Shown here: positions 12,816 through 25,967 of the stretch, piece by piece
Numbering within the stretch: position 1 is the first letter of the stretch
Layout of the letters: the number at the start of each line of letters is the position of its first letter
Assembly (NCBI GenBank): GCA_964016885.1
Contig: OZ024740.1
Coordinates: forward strand, 286,502,001-286,566,000
Reading direction: 5' to 3'
Length of the DNA stretch: 64,000 nucleotides
DNA from: Eledone cirrhosa
Taxonomy: Eukaryota
The notes under the pieces: model-generated
Seen by the model: only the letters and a program-made list of their open reading frames with translations
The model's database searches: none
Told to the model about the DNA's origin: nothing
Program-made: the position numbers and the translations under genes

Positions 12816-13264
12816 AAAAGATTCTGGGCAACAATTTTCCCAAGATTTATGGAACTTGTTAACCCTTTTGATACCAAACCACCTGAAATTGTAGCAGGAG
12901 GTGATTTGAATGTTTTTTTGTATATTGTTTGGTTTGTTGTGTTGTGTTCACTTGAAATTGCTCAGTGATGTGGTCACCGGTGTGTAGAGAGTAGGTGAAG
13001 GAAGATTGATGTGCCTGTGCATATGGGACCAGAGATTGCAGGTGTGCAAGTAAGTAACAGTGTTCATTATGAGGATGATGATGTGATGATCCCTGGGTAA
13101 GTGATTTACCCTGATCACATACCTAATGAAATATACAAACAAAAATCGCTACTTAACTAATTTTATTAAAGAATAGCCTGCTATGAGATTATTGATGATA
13201 ACATAGAAAAAACAAGGCTTTGTTATTGGTTGTGTGTGTCTGTAGAGAGTTTGAAAAGATGACT

Positions 13265-13530
13265 TGCGGTTGTACCCCTGGCAGTGGAGACTTCTGGTGA
13301 CCTCGGCCCTAGGGCTACCTCCCTACTCACCACCATAGGCGCTGAGCTGGCTAGCCGCAGGTGTGAACCCCGCGAGTTGGAGTGGCTTTTCCAGCGCGTC
13401 TCTCTTGCCGTCCTCCATGGGAATGCCTTCTCCATCGTGTCTGCCGGGGCTGGGGGCAACGCGTAACATTCTATATTTAGGTATCCATAAAGTTATTGCA
13501 GTGGATAGTTTCTGCTTTAGCTTTTTATTA
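13265..13530 (+). mobile_element. CRE-clade non-LTR element 3' end
   Basis: PLAVETSGDLGPRA..LL..IG..L....EPRE..WLFQRVSLAVLHGNAFSI is typical of CRE-type REL C-termini; GC-rich island in AT-rich DNA. Confidence 0.75.
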
Positions 13531-15098
13531 TTGGGTCGTCGGGTGTCAAATTTGTAGAGATGTGTAGAAAAAAAACAAATTTCTACAGATTTTATACTTG
13601 ATGACCCAATACTTTGCTTATTTTGTTTTTTTATATATTTTTGCTTCCTTGTATTCTATTTATTTTCCTTTCTTATATTTTATTTTCCTATCTTTTTACC
13701 TTACATTCAGACTTACATATAGTTTATATTCACAGTTGTGTGTGGACTGACCTTTGTTGAAGTGCCAATGAGACTACTGCTGCTTTGACCCGCTGGCTGA
13801 AGCAAGAGTCTGTTGATGACTACATCACTCTGCTTGCTGGAACAAACTGATTGTGTAGTGGTAGTGTCTCTTTTGAGGGACAAGAGCTTTATGTGAAGAT
13901 GAAATTAGTTATCTCAGATGAACTCTAGTTGGACACTTTCTCCAGACAAGCTGGTGACATCAGTCCCAAACAAAGGGATCCAATATCTATCTGGCTGAAA
14001 AAGTCAGTCTGTGTGGTCACTTTGACCTACTTAGCCAACACAGGAACAAAAGGTCAAATTACTGCTACAAAATTGCCTCTGGTTTTATGACACAAACATG
14101 ATCATTTCAGTGTTCATACTTATTTAAAAACTTGTTATTATAATTTTATGTAAGAACCTTTGTTATGCTATTTCCAAACAGCAGCTTAATAATAAGAAAG
14201 TTAGTTATATTACTAAATATTTTCAAATTTTCAATTAATTTTAAAATTATTTGAAAGTCATAGGCAGTGTATTTTATTAGAAATACAGTAATGAAACAGT
14301 TAATGTTAACACTCCTATGTTTTGGATCATGTTATTCACTTTAAAGTACAAAGACAAGGTCTTCGATACATTTCTTACATCTTAATGCTTAGCGATTATG
14401 TTATTTTAAGTGCTTGCCAGAATGAATTAGGTCTCATAACATACAAAACCTGTCTGCTAGGTTCATATTTTTATTACCTGGTAGATTCTTTAGATACTGG
14501 GCTGCATAAATTGTTGCTTCCTCAACAGTCTATGAAAAAAATAGCTTGTAACCTTTGTGAAACTGAACTGACTACAACTACATGCTATAGAACACGTGAA
14601 TTGATCAATGTAAGAATATATATTTAGCATTGCTCCAAAATACCTGAAGGGTAGGATTTCTACTCTGTTCAGTTTCACTCAAATTTTGTAGTCAAAACCA
14701 CAGATGTTCTCTCAATGAGATAGCTTATATATCAGAGTGACAGGGGAAAAATACCCTTGGGCACCTAATACATGAAAATTGAATAGCAAAGTGGGCACTA
14801 ACTAACTTACTTGGTGCAATAAGTAAAAAATGTATATTAGAAATAATTACACCTTTAGTGATGTGGACAATTATTATCTGATTAATTATGGTTAGAAAAG
14901 GTCCGGAAGATATATCAGTCAATATTCAGAAACATTTATCTAGTTGTACGGATTTGAAAATTACTATAGCACTAAAATTATATAACATAATATGGAGTAT
15001 ATGAATTATCAATTATGTATATGATTGTATATTTAGCCTTGATATAACATAGTTGGTAGTTGCGTGTTTGTGTGTGTGTATATATATATATATATATA

Positions 15099-15871
<773 letters not shown>

Positions 15872-16825
15872 TATATGCAAAAGGTATACAGAAATAACAA
15901 AGCAAATGATACAGTACAAGGAAGAAATATATTAGTTTTACACTTGATATAGTAGGAAAAGAGTCATAAAGTTTCGGACATTAGTGCTTCATCAGAAAAT
16001 AAAATGAGAAATTAAAGAAATAAAAAGATAGAGGAGAGTGAGCAGTGGCAAAAACAAAATTTAAAAAAATTGGGAGGGAAGAAGCAGCAGGTTGCCATCA
16101 ATAACTGTTGAATTCAGTGTTGGTATAAGAAGTTCAGTTCATCATGTTTCAAAACACTGTAATCAAAGGCATCTGTATCATGCTAAAAAAGAAAAAAATC
16201 CTTTTGATGTAGAATGGATATGTAAGTGTGTATCTGTGTAAGTGTGTTTATATGTGAGTGTTGGTCTGTAAAAAGCTGTGTGAGTGTGTGTTTCTGAATG
16301 GAACAGAGCCATAGGAACCTTGGGAAATGTGCGTGACAGTGAATGAGGTAGGGGTGACAATGGTTAGAGGTATATAAGCAAGAGCTTATGTGTGCAAGGG
16401 TAAATAAAGATTTAGAAAATTGGGGAGGAGGGTTGAGTTCATTAGGGAAACTGGACCCAAGGTGGAAAATCAGGATATATAAATGTGTGTGTGTATATGG
16501 TCATGTGATTAAGAAGTTTGCAACCACATGGTCTTGGGTTCTATCCCACTGCATAGCACCTTCAGCTATAGCCTTGTGGTTGAATTTGGTGGATGAAAGT
16601 CATGTATATCATCATCATCATCTGTATGATGCCAGTCATGTATATATATATATATATATATATATAAGGTTATGCAAGAAATGCTTAGGGTTATGCTGAA
16701 TGCAGTAATGGTTAATTACTACACTAGATAAATAAAGATTTAGGCTGTGTGACTACTAAAGAAACATTTGTAAGCACTCGGAATAAATTACCTTTTTATG
16801 ATGTCTACCTGTTTTATTATTCATT

Positions 16826-16902
<77 letters not shown>

Positions 16903-16934
16903 GAAGTAGCTCCACAACAGTTAATTCACCATTT

Positions 16935-16975
16935 CCAAAAACAATTGTTTCACCTTAGTAGGATCATCAGCTCGG
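16935..16975 (-). ncRNA. Minimal type I hammerhead ribozyme motif
   Basis: ccgag-CTGATGA-tcctactaaggt-GAAAC-aatt-GTT-tttgg. Confidence 0.7.
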
Positions 16976-17397
16976 TTTAAATGAGATTATACGGAAAAGA
17001 AAAAATAATTATACGAATACGCATGTGCAGAAGAAGTTCTTCCCAAAAGAGTAGAACTCATTTCTTGTATTTAGACAAACTCTTGTCTAAATATACATAC
17101 AAGAAATGAGTTCTACTCATGTTGTCCGCATGTTCTGAAACACCTATTACATAATTTAGATAAGAGCTTGTATAAATACAAGTAATGAGTTCTACTCATG
17201 TTGTCCGCAGATTTCGAAACACCTATTATGTAATTTTAAAGCCCCAGACTGACTACTGGACGTACCCACTAGACAGAATAACATGAATAATCTATTATAT
17301 TCTGAATTTTCACAGTTGCCGCCCCTTTGGGAAGAACTTCTTCTGCACATGCGTATTTGTATAATTGCTTTTCCTTTTCCGTATAAACTCATTTAAA

Positions 17398-17438
17398 CCA
17401 AGCTGATGATCCGACTAAGGTGAAACAATTGTTCTTGG
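17398..17438 (+). ncRNA. Minimal type I hammerhead ribozyme motif
   Basis: ccaag-CTGATGA-tccgactaaggt-GAAAC-aatt-GTT-cttgg; palindromic stem III ACAATTGT. Confidence 0.72.
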
Positions 17439-17553
17439 AAATGGTGAATTAACTGTTGTGGAACTACTCCTACCAAACTTGTCCTATGAACTGAGAGCTC
17501 TACTACTATGGATATAACCCATCAGTGTTCTACAAATATATATATATATATAT

Positions 17554-19562
17554 ATCATCATCATTTTATGTCCGCTTTTCCCTGCTTGTAATGGTGGGAC
17601 GGGTCCTATTCAGCACAACATCTCTCCACTTATCATGGTTTCATCATCTCCGTGAGCTTCAGCGATCTGAGTTCTGCTCTCACCACCTCCACCTATGTTT
17701 TTTGTGGTCTTCCTTCTACTGGGATTTCTTGGCACTTCTTTACCCAGCAGTCATTCTCCATGCTCATCACATGTCAATACCATTGCAGTCTTCTCTCAAG
17801 CACAATACAACTTATCTCTCTTATACACAGTTTATCTCTCAACTCATCTATGCTTGGTTGTTCACGCACATTGACATTGCACATTCATTTTTCTCCAGCT
17901 GTTGCGTATCCTCTGCAGTTGCTGCCCATGTCTCACTACCATGCAGCATTGCACATCTCACACAGGCATCATATAACTGGCCTTTCATACACAGGAGAAG
18001 CCCTTCTTTGTCAACAGAGGAAGCAACTCCCTAAACTTTCTAGATACTATGGCCTCGGAACACCGCCCTCTCATGCTAATCTTATCACCGAGGTACCGGA
18101 AGCTATCAACCACTTCCATAAAACCCACCTGCATTTGAAAAATGTGCCTATCACTGTGACTTCTACTGTCAAATTTCCCTGTGCATCTACTGCATACATA
18201 GTTTTCCATACCTGTTAGTTTGCCTGCTATCCCACTAATCTTTTGTGTACTCAAGATCTGCATTGTGTACATTTTATAGAATTTATGCCAGCTTCTTTTC
18301 TACATATCAAAGATGGCCATTTCCCTGATGGAATCAGAGTTTTGTCCTCTTTTCTACTAATCAAAACTTTTGTCTTAGCTAGGTGCACTCTCAGTCCTTT
18401 TGATTCCAACTGTTGTTTCCATAGCCAGAATTTATTCTCTAGCACCTCTACTGATTCTGCTATAAGAACCAGATTGTCAGCATAGAGAAGTTCCCATGGG
18501 CAGCCAATCTTAAACTCCTCTGTTATGGTTTGGAGGACTATAATGAACAAGAGCGGGCTGAGGACCGAACCCTGATGTACACCTACTTGTATCTGGAATT
18601 CCTTACTAAACTCCATTCCTACTCTCACTTTACTGACAGTACCCCTGTACATAGCTTGCACTGTCCTCACAAGCCATTCCTCAACACCTAGTTTCCTTAG
18701 GAACCACCAGATAACAGATCAGGGTACCCTATCAAAGGCCTTCTCTAGGTCAACAAAAGCTAAGTATAGTGGCTTATTCTTCTCTAAGAACCTTTCTTGT
18801 AGTTGCCTCACTAAGAAGAGGGCATCTGTTGTACTTTTTCCAGGCACAAAACCAAACAGCATCTCATCTAATTTGACCCTTTCTCTAATTAGTTGCGCTA
18901 ATATTCTTTCTGCCACTTTCATAACCTGATCCATCAGTTTTATGCCCCTATAATTGCTCCTCTCCAGAGTATCCTCTTTACCTTTGTAGCAATTTATGAG
19001 AATACTGCTGCACCAGTCTTTGGGTATGACTTCGCCACATATAGCTTGACTGACGATGCGTGCAACCAGTTTAGTACCTACTTCTGATGCCTTCAGCACC
19101 TCAGCAACTATCCCCGACGGTCCAGCGGCCTTACCATTTTTCATTTCCTTAATTGCATCTTGGACCCTATATTCATCAATCTCAATAGCTGGTCCCTCTG
19201 TCGGGTCTACTGGGGTAGTTTCTCTCTCTCCCATTCGTTATCCAGATTCATCAGTCTCTCATAGTGACACTTTCAGGCCTCCTTTTTCTGATCATTAGTG
19301 ACACTAATTACACCAGCAGCAACATCCTGATTTTCACTGACACACAGCCTTGTAATGCGGAACACCGCACGTCTGATCTTCCCGTCGCAGAACATTGGCA
19401 CACCTCCTACTCTCAGCCTCCCTGTGTGCTAAGTACACCTGACGCCTAATTTCTCTTAGTGGCTGTGTATCGGTCTTTACTCCTCCCACCATTTTTCCAA
19501 GTGCTCCATGCTAGTCTTTTGTCTCTAATGACCCTATCTACCATGCTGTTCCACCACCAGCG
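17554..19562 (-). mobile_element. RTE family A copy, degenerate and 5'-truncated
   Basis: KAAGPSG, NYRGIKL, AFVDLEKAFDRVP, GVHQGSVLSP, LYADN; homologous to 25968-27490. Confidence 0.92.
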
Positions 19563-20074
19563 CACATATATTATATATATATATTATATATATATATACA
19601 TATATAATTCAAATTAAAAGATATATGTATATATAGAGAAAAAAAGCCATATATCATTAGCAAAACAGTATTTTCTACATATGTATAAAGCATATAATAT
19701 TTAGGAAAAAGTACATACTTTAAGGTGGAAAAGTTCTTGTTTCCCTTACCGTTACTGATCCATAGGTAGTAAACTGAAGCAAAAATCAATCGATTACCAA
19801 CTATCAATTTTGGCAAAGCTATGGATGACGTGAAACTAATCACCAGAGGGGTCATCTTTGGATAAATTCCAGTAAAGTATAAAACATGTTTATATCAGTT
19901 GGGATCAGAGAGTCAGCCAAAACTATAGACTGCATAATATGAAAAATGTTTTAGCTGCGGCGGCAGATACAAATAGTACTGGACATTGTATTCGCTAGAA
20001 AGAGGTGCAAAGTACTTGCAACATTATAAGCAGCTGGACAAATTAGGAATTTAGAGTAGATATAGTATCAGAAA

Positions 20075-20312
20075 AAATTGCTGGACAGAATTTACGAGCA
20101 AAACCAACCAGCAGCAGACCTAGGGGTAGACCCCGAGCAAGATGGTTGGATAACATCCATGAGTTTGGCTGGTCAAGCTTGGATATCCAGCCTGATCAGT
20201 TGGAGATGGTTGCTTCTGACAACACCCACTGGAAGGAGTGTTTGCGGACTCTTCCCCCATGACCCTCTCAAGAAGAAGAAGAAGGAGAAGAAGAAAAAGA
20301 TGAAGATGATGA
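20075..20312 (+). mobile_element. RTE-type 3' end fragment with (GAA)n tail
   Basis: RPRGRPRARWLDNI-like frame and a simple-repeat tail. Confidence 0.6.
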
Positions 20313-20421
20313 TATATAAGGTATCATAACATATATAATATGTATGATGATTATGTTTCTCAGCAGAAAGCTCAATGGACGTTTGTCCAGAGCATCAATA
20401 ATTCAAATTAAAAGATATATA

Positions 20422-20460
<39 letters not shown>

Positions 20461-20553
20461 TAAGTATTTCTGTGGAAAAGGTAAAAGATAGAAGAGTGCT
20501 CTATGTATAGTACAGAGCTACTTGATTATGTAATAAACAACACAATATAATTA

Positions 20554-20624
20554 TTCCATTAACCAAGGTTTCACGAAGTCAGATGATTCTAACAGAGGCG
20601 TCTGAATCCGTTCATCAGATAGAA
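20554..20624 (-). ncRNA. Degenerate type I hammerhead motif
   Basis: ttctat-CTGATGA-acgga...ttcgt-GAAAC-cttg-GTTA-atggaa; one extra nt near the cleavage site. Confidence 0.5.
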
Positions 20625-20635
20625 GTCTTATATAT

Positions 20636-23600
20636 CATCATCATCATCATCATCATCATTTAACGTCCATCTTCCACACTAGCATGGGTCTGGACGGGAA
20701 TTGTCCCACTTGAGGCAAGATTGGTTGTCTTGTTCAGGACTGTCTGGCGGGTTTCTACGGCTGGATGCCCTTCCTAACACCAACCATGTTTACAGTGTGG
20801 AACTGGGAGGTTTTTACCGTGTTACTTACACGGCCACATTACAGCGTGGACTGTGTGTTTTTTGGTCATGACACCTACACAACCTCATTTATTTAGGACT
20901 GGATGTTGTGGTACCAACATAGCTTTAAAGGGGTGGTGTAGATGGCGGTGGGAGTAGGGGTAGTGGGACGGGGATGTATTTTGGTTAAGAGGTGCCTACT
21001 GACTGTAGGTTTCGCTTTGTACTTAGGCAAAGCGGGTCTTCTGTATTACTACGTAGCGCCAAAGATCTCGGTCCAGTGACATTGGAGAGGTGTAAGTGTG
21101 TGAGGTCGGATTTTATCAAGTCGTCCCAGGTTTTTCTGGGTCTGCCTACTCTGTAGCTACCATCTATTTTGATCGCCCTGCACTTTTTTGTACAGCTGTC
21201 ATCTTTCATGCGCATCACGTGACCATACCAACGTAGTCTTCTCTCAAGTAAACAGCATCTGATCCCTCTTATTCCTAATTTCTCACTTAGTTCATTTATG
21301 CTTTGCCGTTCACGTGTATTACTATTACACATCCAACAGAGCATGCAAGCTTTGTTCCTCTCCAGTCTGCGTAGATCCTCTGCACACAAGGCCCATGTCT
21401 CACTGCCATGTAACATCGCTGTTCGTATGCAGGCATCATACAGCCTGCCTTTTATTTTTAGAGAGAAACCTTTAGCGGCCAATAATGGTATAAGCTCTCT
21501 GAACTTTTTCCATCCCATTCAGACTCTAGCTACAGTACTTTCGGAGCACCCTCCACCACTGCTGATTTTGTCACCCAGGTAACGGAAGGTGTCCACTATT
21601 TCTATAGAACCATCTGTGCAATGGAATGAGCTAGTATTCTGTGGGCATTTGTTGCTACTTATTGCACCAGCCACATATAAAATCTATATTCTTAGTTAGG
21701 TTACCTGCGATCCCACTACCTCTTTTATGCACCCATACTTTGCATTTGGGACATAAAATGGAGTTTCTGCCTACTCCTCTCCTACACACTGAGCATGGCC
21801 ATTTCCCAGATGGGACCAGTACCCTATTCTCCTTCCTACATATTAGGACTTTAGTCTTAGACAAGTTAACTTTAAGGCCTTTTGATTCTAGGCCATGCTT
21901 CCATGTTTGGAATTTCTTCTCTAATTCAGCCATTGATTCGACCATGAGCTTTAGATCATCTGCGTATAGAAGTTCCCATGGGCAGCTGGTTTTGAATTCC
22001 TCCGTTATAGCTTGGAGGGCGATAATAAATAGGAGGGGGCTAAGGACTGAGTCCTGATGAACACCAACTTTTACGCTAAACTCTTCCCTATATTCGTTGT
22101 TAATTCTAACCTTGCTGACTGCTTCTTTATACATGGCTTGTATAGCTCTCACAAGCCATTCATCTCCACCTAGTTTTCTAAAAGCCCACCAGATAATGGA
22201 GTGGAGGACTCTGTCAAAGGCTTTCTCCAGGTCTACAAAAGCTAAGTAGAGGGGTTTACTTTTAGCTAGGTACTTCTCCCTTACCCTTGAAGCAGTTAAT
22301 GGTGATGCTGCTACGCCAGTCCTTTGGTACGACCCCATTCTGTATAACTTGGTTTACTATCCTGGTGAACATAGTGTGTCCCACCGTTCCAGATGGTTTC
22401 AGCATTTCAGCAACTATTTCCGAAGGCCCAGCCGCCTTGCCCGTCTTCATATCTTTGATTGCCTTACTTATTATACTACTTTCAACTTGCACTGCTGGTC
22501 CCTCTATTGGATTGATATTGGACCCATTTATTCTCCATATTTAGTAGCCTTTCGTAGTGACACTTCCAAGCTACCTTCTTATCAGCGTCAGTGATGGCAA
22601 GTACATCATCATCATTATGGACACACTTCTCCCCGACAATATCACCGTTCTCCTTGACATATTGTCTAGCAATCCTGAACACCTCATGTTTTTGGTCCTC
22701 GCGTTGTAGAACATGCTTGAACTTTCTTTCCTCTGCTTCCCTTCTTGCAAAGTACACTTGTCTCTTAGCTCCCCTCCTGGCCACTTGATAGTCTTCTCTA
22801 CTTCCCCCATCCCGCCATACTTTCCAAGCCTGCTTTTTGGCCTTGATCGACTCGTCCACCTTACCGTTCCACCACCATGTTACTCTCCCCCTGCCTATAG
22901 GTCTGCTCCAGCCACAGATTTCATCTGTCGCCTTCAGCAGGTTAGCTTTCAGGAATCCCACTGTTCCTCTATATTGTACGACTCTAATTGCTCTTCCTTA
23001 CTGTCAAAAGCATCAAGTAATATGCTTTTAAATTTATTACTGGCTGTGGGGTCCTTTAACTTCCATATATTTCTCCGAAGGATAGTCTTCCTCTGAGGTT
23101 GCTAACCATGAGGCTATGTTGGGAGGTGCATTCTTCATGGGGGAAGGATTTAGTGTTTACAACAGACACTCTGTCTCGTCTTCTGTTAAGGATATAATCT
23201 ATCTGACTGGCGTGTTCCCTTGATCTATAGGTGATCAAGTGATTGTCTCGTTTTTTGAAGTTTGTGTTACAGATAGTTAGATTATTTGCGTCACAGAATT
23301 CCATGATTCTGGAGCCTTCCCCATTTCTAGTACCAAACCCATAGCCTCCATGGATTCCATCATAGCCGTCACAATGTTGTCCAACGTGATCATTTAGGTC
23401 ACCAGCAATAATTATATAGCCACTGTCGGTTATTTGGGAGGTAATGAGCATTAACGACTCATAGAATCTGTCTTTTATAATGCCAGGCAGTCCGGGTTGG
23501 GGTGCATACGCAGATATTATTGTCACAGTAGTTCTATTTAGGACAAGTCTTATTTTAATTATTCTGTCGTTCACTCTATTTAGGTCTATTATCTTATCTA

Positions 23601-23760
23601 CCCATTTTTCTGCTAGCATGATTCCTATCCACCCAGCCCATTGTCATTTCCCACCCAGAAAAGCTTATAGCATCGTTTTTTACCCACAATGAATCTAGCA
23701 GACCCACCCCTCCACCTGGTCTCTTGAATACAGCAAACATCAACCTCCTTACGTTCAAGC
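20636..23760 (-). mobile_element. RTE family B LINE, near full ORF (EN, RT with PHD insert), frameshifted, long structured 3' UTR
   Basis: IISAYAPQPG, IIAGDLN, QIDYIL (EN); LYADD; WPCSVC..C..C.WVHKR; (ATG)n tail; both ends abut (TA)n. Confidence 0.93.
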
Positions 23761-24025
23761 ATATATATATATAAATATAAGAAAAGTGTCAGGACCCCGA
23801 CAGCTGAGCTCCGGCCGTTTTGACAGCTAGATCTGAACTGGTGCCTTATGGTCCACCTGGTTCCTTACCACACTTCCTTTGTATATATATAAATTAGAAA
23901 TAGAATAGCTTTCACCGTATTTTTGAATAAAGAAATTTTAGGCTGATAATGGGGTTTAGAACCCTCAGATAAATGGAAAAAGATGAGTATTGACGTACAT
24001 GGGAGTCGAACCCACATATATATAT

Positions 24026-24370
24026 GGAGGCACATGGCTTAGTGGTTCGAGCATTGGCCTTGCAATCGAAAGGTTGTGAGTTCAATTCTCAGACCGGGTG
24101 ATGTGTTGTTTCCTTGAGCAAGACACTTTATTTCACATTGTTCCAGTTTACTCAGCTGTAGAAATGAGATGATAGGGAATGGGGTCCATATCATTCCACT
24201 GCAAAGTGGTCGTGGAGGTGCCACGGCAAAAAAGCACCCAGCACTCACTGTAAATGAGGTTGGTGTTAGGAAGGGCATCCAGCTGTAGAAATCAAGCCAG
24301 AATCAGTTCCTGTCCCACCCTTGCAAGCAGGGAAAAGCGGACGTAAAATGAAATGATGAAAATGAAATGA
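24026..24370 (+). mobile_element. Chimeric SINE: tRNA head, V-domain-like body, RTE-B 3' UTR piece, RTE-A tail
   Basis: tggcttagtggtt/gagttcaattc boxes, ccttgagcaagacacttt, ggttggtgttaggaagggcatcc, then gtcccacccttgcaagcagggaaaagcggacgtaaaatg. Confidence 0.75.
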
Positions 24371-24460
24371 TATATATATATAGAGAGAGAGAGAGAGAAA
24401 GAGAGAGAGACAAAGAGCACTATATTGTTAGAGAAACATAGTATTTTGTACATATTATAT

Positions 24461-24780
24461 AAGGCTCCGTTCGGTCATGAATGACTATGGTTTTGCACCT
24501 GGAAAGTTTGCCTCCGAGGCACAAATCTGGGTAAGGTGTATTTGACCAGCAGTCACCCATGCATACCAATCTCCCCTCTCCACATCATGAATTTTGTCAA
24601 AGGGAAAAGCAATGGCCAATACAGCTTGGTACAAGTGACATTGCAATTCATTTCCGTGTTGAACTGAAGCAATGTGAAATAAAGTGTTTTGCTCAAGAAA
24701 ACTATGCATTGCTCGGTCCAAGATTCAAACTTACAGCCTTATGATTGTGAGCTCAATGCTCTAACCACTAAGCCCTGAGC
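24461..24780 (-). mobile_element. tRNA-derived SINE (V-domain-like body)
   Basis: Minus strand ggcttagtggttagagcattgagctcacaatc...cttgagcaaaacactttatttcacattgc; 3' part also seen near 41590-41770. Confidence 0.75.
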
Positions 24781-24864
24781 CTTCACTACATAAATATACC
24801 TTATTTAACTATGGCTTCTTTCCAATCTCCGTAAAAAAACCTTCCTTAATTATATATATATATA

Positions 24865-25139
24865 TCCAGTCCAAATAAATGAGATAAATGAGATCGAGAT
24901 CGTGTAGGTGTCACGAGAAAAAAACACACAGTCTACGCTGTAATGTGGCCGTGTAGGTAACATGGTAAAAAACTCCCAGTTCCACACTGTAAATGTGGTT
25001 GGTGTTAGGAAGGGCATCCAGCCGTAGAAAACCTGCCAGATAGTCCTATATGAGCGAGACACGGTCACCCGACCAGCCTTGCCTCAAGTGGGACAACTCC
25101 CGTCTAACCCATGCTAGCGTGGAAAGTGGACGTTAAACG

Positions 25140-25177
<38 letters not shown>
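24865..25177 (+). mobile_element. RTE family B 3' UTR fragment (others at ~40000-40260 +, ~40440-40677 +, 54953-55677 -, 63254-63680 +)
   Basis: ggttggtgttaggaagggcatccagccgtagaaa...acccatgctagcgtggaa..ggacgttaaac(gat)n. Confidence 0.85.
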
Positions 25178-25688
25178 ATCAAAAATATATTTTGAGTTAA
25201 AAAACTCACAATAGTCCCTTATAATCAAATTAGCTCAAAGAAAATATGTGCTTTCTCTCTTAACACATGTGCGTTATTTAGTCTTCTTAGAAATTTAGTA
25301 GTGAGGGATATACTGGTCGTGAAGCATCCATTGAAAAGCATTAGGACCAGTAATTCTCTTCACTTAATTGCCAAACAGTTCTACCCGAACGCTGTCTGGA
25401 TGCATGATAGTTATCATAGTAGGTTTGTATATCTCTATTTATCCTTCTAATCGAGTTCTGTGAACCATACTATTTTTAGTCAGTATTTTCTTCACCCAGG
25501 TGGTTTCTGTCCCTTATGATTTGAATGCATATAGTTATATATCTGTGTTCATTTCTCTTTATTGTGTGATATATATATAAATAATTCATATTAATTTTTT
25601 TTAGAAAGTGCAGTTTTTAGTTAATATTTAAAACAAATGACTAGGCAAGAAGTAAAGGTTAGAAGAGAAAGGTTTATTTAGAGTTTGT

Positions 25689-25792
25689 TCTTTAACATAT
25701 GTTTCAATACAATATCAGTCTACGTGTGCTAATTGCATAGTCTTATGCTCAATCACATGCATTACGTAAAATGTTGCACTTCATCAGAAAGA
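25689..25792 (-). ncRNA. Type I hammerhead motif with long stem II
   Basis: tcttt-CTGATGA-agtgcaacatt...gatattgtatt-GAAAC-atat-GTT-aaaga; palindromic ACATATGT; AATAAA just downstream. Confidence 0.65.
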
Positions 25793-25967
25793 GTATAATG
25801 TTCATAGTTAAAATACTTTGATAAGCAATCTTCCATATTTATTTTTGTTTGCACATTTATTCACACAAACAAATTTTAACCCGACACACACACGCATATA
25901 TATATATAATATATATGTGTGTGTGTGTGTCAAGTTAAAATTTGTTTGTGTGAATCAATATATATAT

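Larger units (their letters stand above)
16902..17535. mobile_element. Penelope-like element 3' end with inverted terminal (pseudo-LTR) copy; each arm carries a hammerhead motif
   Basis: ~148-bp inverted repeat 16902-17049/17322-17470; central NEFYSCCP..SKHLL.NFK resembles PLE C-termini; flanked by (TA)n. Confidence 0.8.

Noticed and set aside
13083-13117. GTGATGA...CTGA with a terminal stem (C/D box or SECIS-like)
   Set aside because: Too short for a snoRNA and the helix lengths do not fit a SECIS.
13736-13850. Acceptor followed by a frame CVWTDLC-TGA-SANETT..., considered as a selenoprotein exon
   Set aside because: No recognisable selenoprotein similarity and no convincing SECIS; other frames are equally plausible.
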